From assembly GCA_965153285.1 (NCBI GenBank), contig OZ229119.1: DNA of 64,000 bases; one strand, 5' to 3'. The notes under the pieces were generated by a model, which saw only the letters and a program-made list of their open reading frames with translations, had not been told where the DNA came from and made no database searches. The DNA comes from Podarcis tiliguerta (lineage: Eukaryota). A program made the translations under genes and the position numbers. Every line of letters starts with the position of its first letter. The first letter of the stretch is position 1. This document shows positions 22,283-35,700 of this stretch, piece after piece.

Positions 22283-23815
22283 AAAACGTTGCCAAGAAGT
22301 TTGGAAAAAGTGGGCAGAAATAGTTTTCATACATTGAGCCTGTGATCCTAAAGTGGATGGAGTATGTGGAATGCAAAGGTGGTTCTATTGCCATTGTCAA
22401 TTTCCTACTGGGCTTGAGCCAGCTGGGCGGAATGTGGGTAGGGGCTTTTAAACTGCCAAGACCACCCTAGGGGTCTGAAGACAGAACATGGAATTTGTGG
22501 CTAGTCCTGGAACCAAAATTATCCCACTGTCTGCCACTTTTCAGTTTTCTAAATAACAAGTGGCAAGGGAACTTAGGGCAGAATATAAAGTTTTCAATTT
22601 TTGTTTCCATCCGCCATCCAAATCCCACCGCTATTTCCTTCATTGTCAGCCTATGCTTGAAAACGGCAGATAAAATGCAATTCTGGCAGAGTATCCAGGT
22701 AAAAACACATAGTTCTCGTTTTCCATACATGGTTGGTGGAGGGAATTTTTGCTTTCATTATAGCTATATACAGAAATATACAATATAAATTAATCTACTA
22801 CAGATGCAGTATATGAAAATGTAAATACACATGTTAAAAATGCCACACTTCATCCTAGGTGTGAGAGAAGTGCTTCCTCAAAGAGCAACAGGCACTCAAA
22901 GCGCTAAATCCTGTGGCTGGGATAAAGGACCTGCCCTCTCATTGTCTTCCTTAAAGAAGCCCTTAAATTTCAGCTTAATCACTGCCTCTACAGCACACAT
23001 TTCAGCACCATGAGAGGAGGACCACGTCAGTTCACTGCTGGTGATAAGCAATTATAAATCAGTATGTGAACTGTAAGGGAGCTGGAGGAGCCCCGGCCCT
23101 CAGTCTTTTCTGGTGTTACCTTAGGTACTAGTTTTTGAAGGGTACTGGGTGTGGGGGTAGAGAGATAGCAGAGGGGAAGAGAAATTAGCTAAAATCAGGA
23201 GGAGTTGAAGGTAGGGCTTGTAGATCCTCCTCTTTAGAATATCCCAGCACAATCCATTGATTAGTTACAACCTGTGAAAAAGTGATGCAGGCTTTCACTA
23301 GGATTTACTACTTATCCATATTAAGAAGCCCTTGTTTCTCCTAAGAATTTGAGAATTCACTCACCACACCTGAATCTGTATTTAGCAACCTACTTACAAC
23401 TGGAAGATTTAATGAGGATTCCTGGTGCCAGCACAAGCCCTCAGCAAAACACTATCCCCTCAACTTTCTTTCCCAGCATTATTTTAACAACATGCAAGCC
23501 AACCAAACTTCAACCAAACTTGCTTGACTTTTCCCAGTAAAACCAATTCAAAAAACCCAACCATATTAAGGCTAATCTATCAAAATATTTCCCAACTCTA
23601 ATTGTAGAGACATCCAATCTGAGACAAAACCGATTCCCACAAATTACGGTTGAAACTTTTCGTAAAATCAAGCAAAATAGTTACAATTCTATTTGATATA
23701 TTACAGACAGAAAAACTCAAAGCCCTATACATTGTCCTCTGGAAGAACTAGGATAGTGTATCTGTACACACTTCAGTTACTTGGCAGCACGTCACTTCCC
23801 ATTATCCTTTTCCTG

Positions 23816-23860
23816 TCAGAGTCCAGGCATGATGTATGCAATGTTGTCCAATGTGTTTGA
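23816..23860 (-). CDS. HMGXB4: HMGXB4 last coding exon ([14 protein letters not shown])
   Basis: 45 nt to TGA at 23818-23816, TCCAG| acceptor. Confidence 0.96.
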   Translation of the reverse strand, partial: SNTLDNIAYIMPGL

Positions 23861-26800
23861 CTGGAAAGGTGGCCAGGGGGAGAGAGGGAGAGAGAAATAT
23901 TAAATTGAATCAGTATCTTATAAAAAAAGCAAGCATGCCTGTGACATTAATGCAGCAGAACAAATGACTTAGGAAAAACCAAACACCTAAAGACATGACA
24001 AAGATAGACAGAGTGCTTCCTTTGGAGATGCACAAAAGCCTGTGGATCTTTCAGAGTGTACTGGGGAATATTTTCATTTGCCCTGGGGTTTGATAGCCAT
24101 CACTAAGCCAATAAAGAAATATTTCAGCACCAATGATTTTGTGGCACCCAATTCTATAGAAGCCAGGGCCACAACATTTGGTTGGTCTTGGTAGCTGGAC
24201 CAAAATCTGTGGTGCTCAGGACTTTCAGCACATGAGCAATAAGCTCCATGATGCTTGCAGGGGTTTACACCCAGGAAACTAGTCCTAAGATTGCAGTTAG
24301 GTCCTATCTAATTCACTTCTGAGTAGACAGTAAGACTGGGTCACTGATGGTGTGCTTTATCTTTGCTACTCATAGCCAAAATGGCCACCTTGCCCCACAG
24401 AGCCAAAGGCTTCATACTGATCACAGAGACTCAAAATGGCAAGACTCAGCCCTCTGTGGAACTGGAAAGGGGAACAGATATCTTCCTGTAGTTCTGTTGT
24501 AACCTCCAAAGCTCACTGCAAGTCTTAAGAGATGATCCCCACTGCTTCCTCAACTCCAAGCTGGAGAAGAAAGGACAATGGAACATTCACCATGGTGAGC
24601 GAAACTGGACTGATGCTCAGAATTAGGTTTTACTGATTTTCTGCTTTTTAGCACTGAATGTATTAGCTTGCTGCATTGTGCTTTAATTTTTAACATGGAA
24701 AGTGCCTTGAGCATCCTAGAAAAGGCAGGATATGAATATTTAAAATAAATTCAAGACATGTTTTTATAAAATTGCCGTTCTTACATAACACAGCCACCTG
24801 CTGGTAGAAAATATTAACAGCAGGTTGAAGGGACAGCCTTTAATAAATGTTTCAGCTGCCTGGGACAAATGAAGCAACTCTCCACATAATTATGTGTGCT
24901 CCACAGCCAATGTGCTGTGATGGTTAAAGGGTTAGTTTAGAATGGGGGAGACTTGGGTTCAGTTCTCATTAGGTGAACTTGAGCCTGCCACCACCTCTCA
25001 GGCTAACCTATCCCACAGGTTTGATTTGATAAGGGGATGGGGGTACCATCTATGTTGCCTTGCATTCATTCAAGAAAAAGTAGGATACGGATACCATATT
25101 GTTTTCTAAAATGCACTATCCTCTATTTTTTTTTACTTTACACAAGCTTTCCTTCAATAACAAAATCATTATTTATTTATATTCTACCCCCCCATGAGCT
25201 CAAGGTGGCGTACATAGTTTTGCCCCTTCTCATTTAATCCTCACAACAACATCCCTGAGACTTATGTTAGGCTGAGAGACAATGGCTAGAAAGGACTCTA
25301 CAATTCTATGACTGGCCCAGGGTCATCCAGTGAGGTGCAGAGCAGCGCTGGGATTTGAACCCTGGTCTCCTAAGTCCTAGTCCAGCAGTTTAACCACTAC
25401 TAGTCCTCTAAATATTCTATTCATATACAATGAATACAAGATGTGGTATGAAGTGTATATTGCATCATCTCACATACAAAAAAAGTGTGCTTTGAACACA
25501 GGAAAAGGTGGGACTTAAGTGCAACAAGGAAGACATGTGGACACCACCAACAAATTACATACAAACTGCATGTTCAACCCAGCCAGTGGGTGCCAGTATT
25601 GCACCCTCCGTATGTTGTAAAGAATACAACTCCCATTGTTACTGACCATTGACCATGCTTGCTAGGGCTGATGGGAGTTGGAGTCCAACAACAGCTCGAA
25701 GGCACCACACTGGCTATTCCAGGACTAAAAATACATGATTGTGCAGAAGGGCAGATGGAAAATAAGACAACTTGAATCCTGCTAAGTTCAATCACCATTT
25801 CCTTTTTAGAAATTCCTTAAGCTGTGAGAGAAGAGGGTACTAACATGAGAGTATTAGTGCTGAATGTGTGCTACAATTATGGTAAAAACCATGCCTTTCA
25901 TGGGCAGAGGGAAGCTGTAGGAAATAGTGTGAGACCTTGGCATTCCAAAACAACACAGAACTTACCAAAACGTGTTTGGGGCAGCCATTTAGTTCAGGAA
26001 GCTGGGACGTCAGGCATGCCAAAGGGCCTAGAGCACAAATGATTGAATCTAGGAGCACAGATAAACTTCCTGATACAGCTACCATACCCTGGGAAGGAAA
26101 AAAGGAAATAGTAGTAGTAAGAGATTTGTCTCGATGTCAGTTTGTTACCTTTGTCTTAGGCCCAGCACAGATTCTCTCATTCTCATGCAGCTGGCAACCC
26201 TGATTTGCTTATTGAAGCACTTGTCAGGAGTTCGTCCTACTCTCGAGCCCAACCGGCACGTTCTCTCCCTCCTGGTCAATCGTTCGGGAGCTTCAAAAGC
26301 TTTCTTTAGCCTGAACATCACAGCAACCAATGCCAACAGACTTAGGGATCCGCAGAGTCTGCGCAGTTCGCGTGACAGACCTCTGCAACTCAGCATTTTG
26401 GCTAATCTACTTTATTTACATATAAACACACCCAGAGCACTGCAACATGGCTCCCTCTCTCTCTAGCATCAGACAGCAAAGAGAAAAAGAACAAAGGACA
26501 ATATTCCCACTTCACGGAACACAGTAACACAAACATCCTGTTTCCGTCACTTCCCACTCTGTGGAGTCAAAACATACACCGTCATGTGAAAGACAACAAT
26601 CCCATGACTGCAACCACGGAGCAGGAATTCTAACAGCGCTCTTCTCTTAGAAAAGATGAAGCTCAAATGCAGGAATGAAAGAACAGAGATGGAAGACATA
26701 CTTTCTCATTTTTGAAGTTATTTCTGGCCACTTCTACTCAACACACCATGGCTGCAACCCTGCGCCCTATGTCTAAAGCACCAGGCAGAATGATAAATAT

Positions 26801-29729
26801 GGGAGCGCAGCAGATGACAAAGCAGCTTTGCGCAAGATACCAGTAAGGTGCTCCCACCCTGTACTTCCTTACTGTGATGCTGAAATGTTTGATGTGCTGC
26901 TGCTGTCCTGCTGTGCACTGTACCTGGAGCTGTTTGTTTTTTGATCTACAACTCCCACCATCCCTAGCTAGCAGGACCAGTGATTATAAGAATTGTAGTC
27001 CAAAAACTGCTAGAGACCTAACTTTGGGGAAACCCTGTCTTAGATTAAGAACATAAGAGGAGCCTGCTGAATCAGGCCATTCTGGTCTCTATTCAGTGTC
27101 CAACCACATACCATGGGAAGACCAGCAACAGAGCCTGACTGTAGCAGACGTAAGTCATATAAACAAAGTTGGAAACAAAAAAATCACCTGAAAGCAAAAA
27201 GTAAATAAATAAAGAATACGAATAAAGGGAAATGTACTCAGGAATTGTATACCCAGACACAAAATGTAGTTAAACTAGTAAATGAGGGTAAAATCAATTT
27301 GGGTGGATTGTTACTTCATGCTACTTTACAATGCAAGAGCTTTTCACTCTTAATGGATTCATCATTTCAGGGCAAACTGTTTGGGTAGCTGCCAAAATCC
27401 CCATTTGGGCATTTTAATTTAATGTCATTAGCAGTAATGCAGGGCGTGTCATCTTGTTCTGCACAGGCAGTCATCCCAGAATGATGCCATGAAATGGCTG
27501 CGGGTAGTTTGTATAACAGACTAATGTGATCAACAGTTTCCATCTAATCCCTCAAACGCAGCAGTAGCCAAGCAAGAGCTGGGTCTTATATGTATTTTGG
27601 AAAGCATTTATTCTGCTTTATATATATATAAACCTTAGTTCAACCAAACATCTTGACATAGAATTTGAAACCATGATATTTTTTAAAAAAAATGATAGCA
27701 ACTCGGGAATGAAGCTTGCTTAACCTGCAAAAGTGGAGTCTTGATACAGTGGTACATCTACTTATGAACGCAATTCGTTTCAGGGTGCCGTTCGCACCCC
27801 AAAAAGTCTGTAAGTAGAGTGGCGCAGATCGCTTCACGCGTACTGCAAACCCGGAAGTAAACAATTCCGGGTTTGCCATGTTCGTAACCTGAAAAGCCGC
27901 TATGTGAAGCAAACGTAACACGAGGTATGACTGTACACAAATAAGAGCCCTTGGAGTAAATAATGTTCATTCAATGTGGTACTGAATGCAGTATGCAGAA
28001 CAGGCAAATTTGTTCAGTTCATTTATTCCAATTAGTTATCTGAACTCTGTGAATAAAATAGCTCTGTTCTTTAAAAATGAAATGACTACATTCATGTGCG
28101 AAGGTTCCTGCACCTACCTCTGTCTCCTGTAGCCTGTGGCCAATAAGACTTAGAGATTCACCCAGCAATTGCAGATGTGCAGCTACATCTATGGGATCCG
28201 TTTCAGGAACTTTGACAGGTGATGCAGATAGCACTACAGTGCTAGATGGAGACTTCTTATGGGGCGAAAGTGTCCCTGTTAGAGAAGCTGACAACAGAAA
28301 GTAAAAAACTTATTTCTGCATTTTCCATACTATGAAAACTCTGCATCAACTGCATAGTTTACACAGCCAAACTGTATGGCTATAGAAGTTCAGCCCACAC
28401 TATTTCTTTAACTTACTTTATTTTTAATGCAGTTTTATTTATTTATGAATCATCTCTTACATTTGGCTCTAGCTGATTCACAAACATACCACAAAACAGC
28501 TAAAAAATAGTTTTCAAAACAGTACAAAAAGCAAAAGATAGGTGTTCCTTTTTTTACTGTTTTTAAACCTTTTCATCCAGAGAGAGAAGGTTGTTGAAAC
28601 AAAAATGTGTTCAATTGTTTTGCAGCTACAGTAGCAACAGCCTTAAGGAAACTGAGAATCAGTCTGTCCTTAATTATTCAGGTTTCACATTGTTGGCCTA
28701 ATTTGTACAGATCTATTGGGAATTTGCTCCAACAGCATTTTTTGAGCAGCTTTATATTTGGTACTATATACCACCCGTGGAATAACTTTCCCCAGAAAGA
28801 TCTTTTAAGTGCAGATCTTAGATTAACTCCTGAAAGCAAGCATAGTTTAATATGACCTTACTTATAGGTTTGGAAGTCCTGTGGATACCCAGGTATGATT
28901 TTGATTAAACTGCATTCCTTAATATTTAAAGTCCTTAAAGTATTCCAAATTACAGTGGCACCTCTTTTAAGAACTTAATTCATTCTGGAGGGCCGTTCTT
29001 AACATGAAACCGTTCTTAACCTGAGGTACCACTTTAGCTAATGGGGCCTCCCGCTGCCGCTGCGCGATTTCTGTTCTCATCCTGGGGCAAAGTTCTTAAC
29101 CCGAGGTACTACTTCCGGGTTAGCAGAGTTTGTAACCTGAAGTGTTTGTAACCCGAGGTGTTTGTAACCCGAGGTACCACTGTGGTATTACTGTCTGTGT
29201 ATGTGGCCTAGGCCTTTTATCAAACAAAATAAGTTTTGTTTTAGCATAGTTCAAAGGTATATGTTCTTTTCTTTCAAAATGAAAAGAATTCAAAATCTTA
29301 AAAGGGTCCCTCATACTAAGCATGGTTGAAGATACAAAGGGCATGCCATCTGCATAAAGCAACATGGAGGGTCTGCCATCTAAAGCTGTGTGGGATAAAT
29401 ACTGAGGATCTTTGAAGATCCTGGATTACACACACAGTAATAATGGACTAACAGACACCCTCGTTTTACACTTAAACAGCCTCATTTTAAGAATGGTATG
29501 TAAGAAACAGTGGAATATAGAGGTTACCTTTCAGTTTTGGTGCACCCTCTGATGAGGTTGCTTTCCTCTTCACCGTTGTAGCCTCTGCTTTATTCTGCTT
29601 GTGTTGCAAATACTGCGCCTTCTGCTTCCAAACCTGAAAAGAATAGGGAAAACAAAACTAGTGTTAAAAAAGGCAACATCAGCTGTCCAACCATACAGAT
29701 GGAGCAATTGTAAAGCAGGATGTCTGGCC

Positions 29730-29775
<46 letters not shown>

Positions 29776-32700
29776 ATATCAATACCAAACATTTCCCATT
29801 TGCAAGCAGGGGTAGGTGATATGCAATACACAGATTTGGAAGGTAACAAATACAAGAACCATGGTGGCAGTATTCCAGGACCAAGTCAGTTTTCTGCCTA
29901 CACATGTCATTTTCTGTACAAATGTTTATCAGATATTTACCAGCTTGTCTTTCTCCGGAAGCTGCTTCCAAACTTCTGCCAGCTTTTTGCTCAGATCACC
30001 AAAATCTAACGGGAAATCAGAGAAAGTAAGTCATTCAGAGAAAAGCAGAGATTTTCTACGTACATTCAGTTAACTACTTGAACCATTATAGGACTCATTG
30101 TTTACAATACACATGATGCTAAAATATCTCATTACTGCCTGCATACATGGAAAAACAATCCATGGAACAGTTGCAAAAAAATCACAGCGAGGAGTTTGAG
30201 CAGAACATAAGAAGAGCCCTGCTGGAACATACCAGAGACCTAGCTAGCCCACCTTTTCCCCCCACAGGGGCCAACTACATGCCTATGGAAAGCCCACTAG
30301 GAGGACATGAGTGCAGCACCACTCCCACTTTTGTTCCCCAATGAACAATATTTAGAGGTATACTGTTTCTGGAGGTATCACACAGCCATCATGAAAAGTA
30401 GCCTTATTCTCTATGAATTTGTCTAATCCCCCTTTTAAAGCGCTCTTACATTAGTGGCTGGTCTAGTCCATCCCACACAGTGTTGTAATGCACGTTATGT
30501 GGTCAGGACTTGGGACAAAAAGTGGAAAAGAGCAGGAGCTAAGAAATTCAGAATTCTATGTTTGGGAGGATATGTGACAGCAGAATGGAAGGTAATTTCT
30601 ACTGCTATGCATATATGTGGCATTTAATCCTGTCATCTACCCAGAGAAAAAATATTGTACGTCTGCCTACCCTCCGAGTATTCACAATTTAAATGTTAAC
30701 ATGTTTGTTCCTAGTAAGGGTGCTAATCATTTTTGGTTTATAACATAAGCCACAATTGCCTGCTTCTAACAGGGATCTGGAGGTCTGAGATGGTTGTATT
30801 TCTTAAGTTTGGAAAAAACAACAACCCTTCAGTCCCTTTACATGGGGTTCTGCAGAGGAGACAAGTATGCTGATCTAGACTCCCCAAGCTCCAAAAGTCA
30901 TGTGCACAGAGCCATCTTGAATCCTTTGAAACAGCCTGAGTAAAGGATTTTTGAATGCCCCGCTTGATAATCACACCTTGACCAAGCAGTGAAGAATGAC
31001 ATTTGCATTACAACTCTTAGCAACATTTTTATTTCTGCTGCCACTTTAATACCAAAGAGACAGCCCAGAATGATTTGTTATATGCTTTCTGAAAAAGTGT
31101 GTCGCCCAGCTTCATAATGGGAACACAGAGCCTTCGCTGGAGCAGAGTTCTTTCAAATATTAAAACATTTCTTCACAGCTTGTGCTTTCGTTTTGCAGTG
31201 GCCCAATGGGCAGGATCCAACATCATGCCAGTAAAGATGTCAGGCATTCCCCTATCTCTCCCCTACCACTCCTTTCCAAAAGGTCCCCCAATTCTCTGGA
31301 GCAGATTTTAGGGGTATACAGGTGGGCTGCAGGGGGAAAGAGAGAAAGTGAAGTGCAGTGTGTCCAAGCGGGATGGCACAACTGGATATCTCCCAAACCT
31401 TACCGGACACTTCTATTACCTATTCCTGGATGCTCAGCCACAATGTTCACACGATACTCTTTACAGAACACTTGGTAGGCAGACATGTTCTTCTTCTTTG
31501 GCTAATCAGGAAGAGGAAAAAGAAAGCAAGAAGTTTATGTTGTAAAATATTCAAGCTCCTTTAGAAATCCCCAAAGAAAATAATCTCCTGGTGCATTCTC
31601 TTAGACAAGTTAGGAGTCGGTTAATTTCAAGCTGACTTTTTGTATGATGTATGTTATCTAGCTCTATTCATACTCAGTCCTTGAGGTCATTGTTGGAGAC
31701 CTCTCTGAGTGGCAGTGCCAAATGAGACCCAGAGGATGGATATGAAAGAGAAGGTATTCTCTGTGGCAGCACTGCATCATCTTTCTCAGAAAGGCATGCC
31801 TGGTGCATACTTGGTAACCTTTTCAGTATCAGGCAAGTACTCTTTTATTTTCCCATGCTTTTTGATGGATTTTTAATCAGTAGATTGCTTAGTATCAAGG
31901 TTATTTATATCAAAAAGAAAAAAAGTCAATGTAAGTCTGATTTAAATCAAGTTTCCTACGGATACTTCTTCCTATTTCCTAAACAATGGCGGGAATCTGA
32001 CTATTAAAGCATGTTAATTTACAATTAAGCAATACCATTTGTTGTTACTATTTTTAATGCATTTTTACAACTTATATATACATCATACAATATTCATCAT
32101 TTATCTCTTATCTTCAGACTTCCCAGTCCATCTCTCTCCATGGCATTCTAGGTAGTCTTTTGTCAGCTGCATATTCCATTATTCTACCCATTCCTTTAGT
32201 TAGTATGTGTCTTCCTTTAATTAGTGTTATCTGGTGCTCATATGTTCATTCCTACTTGTAGGTTAAATTGACTATTATACCCTCTAAGATACTCTTCAAA
32301 GCACTTCCACGCATCTTATCTGTGACTCATCCTTATTTCTTAATTTCACAATTACTAATTCTGTGTATTCTATCCATTTATTCTGCCAAATTTCTTTTGT
32401 GAGTATCTCTTTCTTTCAATTTTTTTGGATATATGCAGTGTAAACAACGCCCCCCCCCCCCCCGATTTATTGCAAATGTAGATTTTTATCCACACTGGTT
32501 TTTTGTGCATTTTGAGGTTTTGATTTTAAAAGTTTCAACGCCTATTTGTATTTAACTTTTATTGATTTGTATCTGGTATGTTGTGTTTTATACTACAATT
32601 TTAAAGTTTCTTATTTTATCCTGTAATTGTTTTGCTATTCTCATTGTATTTTATCAATGTTTATATACATGACTCAAAGAGCTTCAGTTACTGGGCAGTA

Positions 32701-35700
32701 CAGGGCTGCCATCAATGAATAAAATAGCCACTTCTACCAGATACTTTTACCTAAATATTTCTAAAGCAGAAACCAATGTGTTTCAATGTTAAACACATTC
32801 AGGGGGGGGGGGGAGAGAAGTGTACTCCTTGAGAGTGTTTCTGCTTATCTGCAGTTCAGGAAGACAACAATCAAGATAATTTATATATTTGGTTCCTATT
32901 TCTGAACTAACAAAACTGCAAAGAACACTCTAGTGTCCTCTATTTTGGGAACAACAGTCCTCATAATTTCTAATTACCCACTTGTGCTGCCACTTTTTCC
33001 TTTTTACCTTTTCTTTGTCCATTTTTTCAACCTTCTCCTTTTCTTCTTTCTTCTTCTTCTTCTCACTCTGGCCATCTGTATGAAAAACAGGTGGCGGTGG
33101 AGGCAGCGGCGGCGGAGGGGCAGGAACGGCAAACTGCGCACTGGTTGGAGAGACTGGGAGTGGAGCTGTTACTTCTGCTACTGCCAGTGAAGAGGAAAGC
33201 CCAGAAAGCCCAGAACTCTTCTTGGATTTGGAATGCTTCTTTTCCTTGTGTTTCTCCTTGTCCTTCTTCTTTTTGCTCTTCTTTGATTTCTTCTTCTTCT
33301 TTATCTCCCGGTACGAATCATCAATTACTAGCTCTCCAGCTTCCAGTTCACCTCCAGAAGAGGAACCTGATTCCGCTTGTGGTTCCAGGCCTGAGAGCTC
33401 AAATTCACTGCTTTGGCCTTCAGGGAAGAGAGGAGTGTCTGGGCTAAAGCTCTCAGCAGCTGGAGAGGGATGCGGATCCTTCTCCAGTGGTTTGTGCTTC
33501 TTTCGGGATGATTTCGAAAAGCCGTGTGAATCATGACTTGGGAGAAATGATCCCTGTTCGTCCCGAGCTGACTTCTTAGAGGATTTCTTTGTGGCTGACG
33601 GATGTGGAAAGGGCTCCTCCGTTGTGCTTCCCCCCTTCTCCTTAGGTGAGAGGATGAGTTTCATCTTTAAGCCATCAGGTTCACGCAAGGTCAACATTTC
33701 AGTGTTCCCATAGGGGGGCTTCACCTTTTTGGACTTATGGAAAGTACTTTCCTCCAGGGACAGGTCACTGCTACTGCCACTCAGTTTTTTCTTGTGGTGT
33801 TCCTTCTTGCCTTCTGAATGGCCAGAGGCAGAGAGTGACGAATGAGATGACTTTTCAGATGTTTTCTTTGAGGACTTGGAGCTTGCGGCCAAAGGCGAGG
33901 TGATGGCCTTAAGCAGATCCATGGCAGTGTCAGCAGAGGGTGGGCTTGTCACTACTTTTTTCCTCTTCTTTGCAGACGATTCCAAAGGCAGGGATAACTC
34001 AAATGAAGAAAGTTCTGAAAGAGTTCAGAGAAGAAGGATCAATGGAAGTATACCCAACAACAAGCCCATCTTCACTTGCACACCGTCATAACTTCACGGC
34101 CTCATGTCCGGGTGAAGATATTCGGTCTTGAACTGCTAAGAGCTATCCTACTGTAAATCAATTTTGGTTTATAAATCAGTGAGGCCAATTGGTGAGGCTG
34201 AAATATAAGGACACATTGGTTTTTAAGAGGCTATTTTGTTTCTGGTGTATTCAGCAATGGTTGGCAGCTCTTACCTGACCTGCGAGTGGTGTCAGTGCAA
34301 AGTTCTGGGAGAGGGGAGGTGGCAGTGATAAACAAACACACTGACAGCTGATCTTGCCTCTTGTATTGGTAAGCCAGTGACACCTGTGATGGGAGGCCAG
34401 GCATGAAAGTCGACTTACAAATAAGATGGTGAGGCTTATTTGACAGCAACACAAAACCAAGCCTCGACCGAGCCCTATGGAATACCCTGCCAATAGATTC
34501 AGCAGGCACCTTCCGTTTCAACCTTTAAATGCCTGCTGAAAACCTTTCTATTCCACCAGGCTTATTCAAGCAATTCAGAATGCCTATTTCCATAACAGTT
34601 ATCTGATTTCTGACTTTTAAATTTTATTTGTTGTTTATTGTATGGTTTTATGTGTAACTGTTGTAAGCTACTCTGATGCTATTTATGAACAGTGGTATAT
34701 AAATATTTTTATAAGTAAATGAAAATAAATTAGCTGTCAAAGTGAATATGCAATATATACAGCTGCCTCCCTTTCACTGATTGGCCTCTCCCTTATCTAT
34801 CTTTAGACTGGAAGCTTTGTGGAAAAAGACCTGGCCTCTCACTTTACCTCCAGGAAGCACAAAGCCTATTGACAGAACCTTAGAAGTACAAATTGAACCT
34901 TAAAATCACCGCTCAACTTTTCTCCTTTGTCATATCCCTTCCTATGTTGCTTCCACTCTTACCTCTGTAATAGTACTCATTGGAGTGCTTCCTCTTCTTC
35001 TTATAAGTGTCTGTCCCCAGCAAGAAAATGTCACTTTCCTGCAAAAGAAGATAAAAGCATTTTGGAAAGAAGAAAAAGAACCAAGTAATGAAGGCATATA
35101 CATATTCATTTCTAATACAGATGATCATAGAAGTCACATTAGCTAACAAATATGCTTTCTATGGCATGGCATTTCTGTGCTTTGAAACAGAAGATTGTCT
35201 GAGTTGCCATGTGAATTTTAGAAATGATATTCTCAAGAGAAAGCAGAACTTTCCTGTTTAAGAGCTGAAAACAACTTTTCCAAGTTGAAGATTTAGAAAA
35301 AAACAAAAGCAAAGCTCAAATAATCACCTCTAGACTAATAAGAGAGATTTCAGGTCAAAGGAAATGTTTTGAGGAAAATCAGTCTGTGTTAACATCCCCA
35401 GGGAATTGAATGAGATAAATCACACCTCATTATTTTTCAGGCTATCTGCAGAATGAGGCAAACAGCAACATATCAGTTTGCATCCTGCAATAATATAATG
35501 ATGACCTATGCATTCAAAAGAATAATTTCTATTCTGTAATGATCATTCAATCTCTAATTCAAACAGCAGTTTAAGATGAGTGGATGATAAAAAGTGACTC
35601 ATCCTAGTTTTTAAAAGAAGGGGATACCATTTTATTGAACTTTCTAAAATAGGGAAATAGTATGACTTCTACATCTGTTTCTATAACTCCAACAATCTTG

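Noticed and set aside
23001-23020. TTCAGCACC REST/RE1 half-site (also ~24123, ~38866, ~61281)
   Set aside because: The right half GGACAG is missing
32933-33536. Plus-strand ORFs overlapping HMGXB4 exon 5
   Set aside because: Antisense shadows of the low-complexity Lys/Ser-rich exon
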